Made by a program: the position numbers and the translations under genes
The notes under the pieces: generated by a model
What the model was told of the DNA's origin: nothing
Seen by the model: the letters and a program-made list of their open reading frames with translations, nothing else
Database searches by the model: none
Shown here: one piece after another, positions 59,215 to 64,000 of the stretch
Layout of the letters: the number at the start of each line of letters is the position of its first letter
Position numbering within the stretch: position 1 is the first letter of the stretch
Source: Orbicella franksi
Lineage: Eukaryota
NCBI GenBank assembly: GCA_964199315.1
Contig: OZ116712.1
Location: 18,042,001 to 18,106,000 of the forward strand
DNA length: 64,000 bases
Direction of reading: 5' to 3'

Positions 59215-60646
59215 GAAAAATTACTATAGACCATTATGGCCTCTGATATTGATAAACCAGGAGTTGCTGATGTTGCAAAATTCGGTAGCATCGCATGCGT
59301 TGAAATGAACTTCCTTGGAAATTGATTTAGATGCGCTGTGGGATTCGTTGGAGAGTAGAAATAAACTACAAAAACAAGGCGAGTTACTGTTTACCCATCA
59401 CTAAGGTCTTGTTTTAGACAGAGTAAATTGAATTCCAAATCTTGCACTATGGAAAAAGGGTTTCGTGCATGATTTCAAGAAGAATAAAACAAGATGGGTG
59501 CATGTCGATCTCTATCAACAGGTCAATAAAATCAACTGTAATTTGAAGGTTTCAAGGTTTCGTTGCATAATATCTGAACTTCCTGAAGGTACCTTCGTTA
59601 AAAATATCAAAGAAGTTACTTTGAAGTATGTGAACTGAGAGCATTACATTTTAAAGCACAAGATTTTTCTCTTGCATTGGGAATTGGATCCCTTATTTGA
59701 TTTTATTTATCCTGAGCCGCTCGGACAATAAATCAGTCAAAGACACCTGTCATCATTTTCACTGAAGATGAAGCGGAAGACAGGAAATATATTTAAACGT
59801 AACTCTTGAGGAAGAATAATAATTATTAACATTTCGTTTCAGTGATTGATTGATTGATTGATTGATTGATTACTTGATGGTGCTTTGATGTTTTCCACGT
59901 AGGAAATGGTTATTCAAAGTAGTTTACTAAATCTTCAATCGCAGTTTGCGAAATGGTGTTTGTCACTTTAACAAATATATGGCACTTACGATACTTTGCG
60001 GTCAAATGTCACTTTCCACGTTGAGAAGAATTGATTGGTGCAGTCACGAGTTAAAGAATCCGATATAACCAACGCGTCGGCCAACACTACCAACAAACCA
60101 CCGACATACTACGAACACTTTGGCCGACAAACTACCCACACAATACGAACACGTCGGCCGAGACACTACCGACACAATATTAACAAGTCGGCCGACACAC
60201 TACCGACAACAGGTCGGTCGACAAACTACCGACACAACACGAACACGTCGGCCGACACACTACTGACACAATACTAACAAGTCGGCCGACACACTACCGA
60301 CACAATACAAACAAGTCGGCCGACACAATGCCAATGCGTCCGCTGACACACTATAGAATTAATTTGTGATTTGGAAAATTGTGTTTTAGACTTAAACAAT
60401 TGGTTCTTCAAACACTTTGCGAAATGCTACTTTGTTCTATTGCTTGGTGCTTGAAGAAATCGTCCTTTGAGGTGCTTTTTTAAATGCCACTTCAAGTTAC
60501 TTTGCGAGTAGTCACTTTATACTCCGTTAAATATTAGTTGATGAGGTGTTACTTCAAAGAAGGTTGCTCCGCTTATATAAGTTTCCCAAACTCTGAACTT
60601 GATATTTCGATAGGTATATTTCGGGAATAACATATCGTTTCACGTC

Positions 60647-60846
60647 NNNNNNNNNNNNNNNNNNNNNNNNNNNNNNNNNNNNNNNNNNNNNNNNNNNNNN
60701 NNNNNNNNNNNNNNNNNNNNNNNNNNNNNNNNNNNNNNNNNNNNNNNNNNNNNNNNNNNNNNNNNNNNNNNNNNNNNNNNNNNNNNNNNNNNNNNNNNNN
60801 NNNNNNNNNNNNNNNNNNNNNNNNNNNNNNNNNNNNNNNNNNNNNN
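60647..60846. other. Assembly gap (200 N)
   Basis: Run of exactly 200 N. Confidence 1.
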
Positions 60847-61450
60847 TGTCAGTTGTAAGTATGGATGCCAAGATAAAAACATGATTTGCTGGTAAAATTT
60901 GGAATCATTTGACAGTTGTAAGTATGGATGCCAAGATAAAAACATGATTTGTCGGTAAAATTTGGAATCATTTGTCAGTTGTAAGTATGGATGCCAAGAT
61001 AAAAACATGATTTGTCGGTAAAATTTGGAATCATTTGTCAGTTTTCAGTGCAGATGCCAAGATCAAAACATGATTTATCGTTTAAATTTGGAATCATCTG
61101 TCAGTTGTCCCAGATGGATAAATTCTCCTATTGTAATATAAATTAGGCATCAGATAATTTGTCTCTACTAGACATATAAGTCTACACAGTATGGATGTTG
61201 AGATTGAAACATGAGCTTTCTGATAAAATTTGGAATCATCGTTCAGTTGTCAGAAAGAACATTGTGATCAAAACACTACTTATTGGTTAAAATTTGGAAT
61301 AACCTGTCTACTGTCAGTAAGAATGTTGAGATCAAAACATGATTTGTCTGCTAAACTTTGGAATTATCTATCAGTAGTTAGTAAGGGTGCTCAGATAAAA
61401 ACATGACTCAGATTACGTTTGGAATCATCTGTCAGTTATCAATAAGTATG
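60847..61450. repeat. 63-bp minisatellite: 4 near-perfect units plus degenerate copies
   Basis: Units start at 60847, 60910, 60973, 61036 and 61099 (tgtcagttgtaagtatggatgccaagataaaaacatgatttg..ggtaaaatttggaatcatt). Confidence 0.9.
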
Positions 61451-62531
61451 TTGACATCAAACTTTGACTGACCTGCCGTGTCTGATGTATTTTACTTCCT
61501 CCACTGATATTTTGGTGTTTTTGTGTTTCCTGTTTGCCCTGATAAGAGATACAAACACATTGTAGAGTTACTTACGATTTCTTACCGTCGACCAGTATAC
61601 TTTAGCATTGCATGTCTAACTGATGGAGTTACTCAGAACTAATGAAAGTAGTAATATATACATGTGTACAGTACAATGTTTCAAAGTACACTTGCCAACA
61701 ACAAGTCAGATACCAGAAATATAAACTAACCTGATCCAGCTGTTTCTGTCTCCTCCATTGATCTTAGTTGTCCCATGCTGATGCTTGCTTCTTGTTTGCC
61801 TGATAATTAAAAAAAAAAAGAGGTTGTTTCAACAGCAGCTTTGTTTACATTTTTTCCAATAACCCAAATTGCCTAGAAAAGGGAAAATTCCCAGTGTTCA
61901 TATTTTGTCGTTACGAATTGTACTGAAGATTTTCAGGACTAACGAAAATAATCCAAAAATAAACATCTGTAAAAATGCTGCATCATAAATATTGCAAAGT
62001 TGCTTTCTCCAGGTAGATAAGCTCTTAATTTAACCCTTTTAACAGCTAAGTTTAACACGTTTGATAAAGGAGTCCTGACATCTCTACAATAAGATGTATG
62101 CCATGTTCAATAATGGTGTTGTCTTCCTCATCAATTCTTAGGAGCCAGAATTCCAACTGATACTACATGCACATGTGGTAGCTACTATGTAGAGTTCCTA
62201 ATTCCCATATATACACCACAAATTACCTTTAATATATCTGGCTGTATCTGAAGTCCAATATCACCACATTATGTTCATGTGCTTCATGTTTTGCCTGATA
62301 AGTAATACAGACACTATGATAAGTGATTTACTGTTGACTTTTTCAGGTACAATAGTAACATCATGCATACAAATATGTTCAAACAATCACTGAAGAAAAT
62401 TTATAACAAGCAAATCAAATGTAAGGGGTCATCCATTGGATTGTTGTTGGGTAGAGGGGAGAGAGAAATTCAAAGAAAGAAGGAGAAAGGAGGTACAGGA
62501 ATGTTAAACTGGTATGAGAAACAATTCCTGA

Positions 62532-62679
62532 AGGCCCCAGTTGTTCGAAAGGTGGATAAGACTATCCACTGAATAAATCACTATCCAGTGGATAATATGG
62601 TTTGTTTTGTTAAAACTTATCCACGGGAAAGTGATTTATTCAGTGGATAGTGTTATCCAGCCCTCAAACAACTGGGGCC
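62532..62679. mobile_element. Palindromic GGATA-rich MITE, same family as 24603-24747
   Basis: ggccccagttgtt ... aacaactggggcc terminal inverted pair. Confidence 0.75.
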
Positions 62680-62703
62680 AGGAATGGAAGGAGGAAAAAA
62701 ATA

Positions 62704-62910
62704 TTGTGTGGATCCAGAAAATATCCATAACCCCCCCACGGATAGGATTTTTTCTAAGACCCTCCTACCCATCTGGAAATTCTGATTAAGCTTTATACAT
62801 TCCTTCAGTTTTTTGGTCTTACTGAACTGATCCCCCCCCCCCCCCCCCCGCCCTGGAAATACCAATCCCCTCTGTGGGGAGAGTGTGGGTATTTTCTGGA
62901 ACTGCACATT
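62704..62910. mobile_element. MITE (atgtgtggatccagaaaatatcc family)
   Basis: attgtgtggatccagaaaatatcca versus tgggtattttctggaactgcacat; a related degenerate copy lies at about 18865-19030. Confidence 0.55.
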
Positions 62911-64000
62911 GTGAGCCGAAATTCATGTAAATATAATATTCGATTTACCGCGCTTTAATTCATGAAATATCGATATATTATTGGCTAAATAAATGTCTTA
63001 CAGCATTTGATATATTTTCAACCGTTTAAGTACTAGAAAGCAGCAACAAAACATAAAGTTTTTGTTACGTAAGCTTATGTACACACCGAAGATGGTCAAA
63101 GAGGACACTGCATCTTGAGGTCGCTTGCTGTTTCTGGTACTTGAATAAGTGACCGAATTTCCCTCCAGAAGGTTCCACCAGGAAAAGGATTGTGTCTGGA
63201 ACACGTTCGGTAACATTTCTTGTAATGTAGAAATGGCAAAAGGCAAAGTTTGAAAGAAGAAACGGAGCTTCCGACCACCTCATGCAAAGAGCGAAAAACT
63301 AATTTGTAATGCAAATTGAGTCCCAGGGCCGCGTGTCTTTCTTAGCCGGCGGGGCCTTGGCGCGAGGAAAAGGCGGCTCGGAGACCTCATGTTTCAGTAC
63401 AACGAGCAACAACGCTGGTTTCATTCCTTGAAATATCCACTTGCTGATCTTTAACCAACAGTGTTGTGGAGTCAAATATTTAGAAATCATGTTTTTGAAG
63501 AAAGTTAGTTTTGTCAAGCCAAGGTTAACTCACGTATGTGGAACATTCAATTCTTCAAAGCCTCCCCAGTTTGCCTTGGAAACATTTCATTCTAGAAGTT
63601 TGTGTTAAGACGTTCACCTGTGTACCATGATGCTAATGTCGTTCTTGCGACCACTTGGCTTCTACTTCCCCTAAAAAGACCCAAGATTTAAGCAATAGAG
63701 CACTTTTTCCGTGTTCACTTAGCCTCATCTAAACAAGAGGAGGCCGGGTTGGGAGAATTCGAGACAGTTACGCAAACCCGAGACATAGTCGAGGGTTTGC
63801 ATAACTTTCGAGAATTGCTTTTATAAAATAATTCTCAAAAATACGGGCGAATCTAAAACGTCACAACGTAACCGTGTTTACATACTCTCATCTAAATACA
63901 CTTATCGACCAATGAGGGAGCGCTCGGTTATTTATAATATAGCTTTTGCTAAAGATTATTCTATTTTTCTAGTTTTCAATTGGTTAATCTCTGCTTGCCT

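Noticed and set aside
60847-61450. CRISPR-like appearance of the 63-bp repeats and the GTCGGCCGAC repeats
   Set aside because: Units are contiguous with no unique spacers, there are no cas genes, and the context is eukaryotic.

Overview
Eukaryotic (animal) genomic DNA with GT-AG introns and two 200-N scaffold gaps (31447-31646, 60647-60846). The repeat families and the intronless rhodopsin-type GPCR array suggest an anthozoan, probably a stony coral (inference). Left to right: (1) the first three exons of an ODF3/SHIPPO-repeat ciliary gene (minus); (2) a complete 6-coding-exon LIN52 gene (minus), invisible to the ORF track; (3) an 18-exon ALDH6A1 gene (plus), head-to-head with LIN52 with ATGs 317 bp apart, the same arrangement as in human; (4) an apparently intact ~5.3-kb hAT-like DNA transposon with 14-bp TIRs, an apparent 5-bp TSD and a spliced ~895-aa transposase ending in a BC-box/cullin-box-like motif; (5) a 2-exon SOCS4/5-like gene; (6) a 58-aa DUF4748-like membrane microprotein on a probable bidirectional promoter; (7) a ~16-kb tandem array of seven intronless class A GPCR copies of three subtypes (3 intact, 1 start-lost, 3 disrupted) running into a gap; (8) a 63-bp minisatellite. 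Introns and spacers are full of MITEs and tRNA-derived SINEs. All exon coordinates were read and translated by hand. Family names come from recalled motifs, not from database searches.
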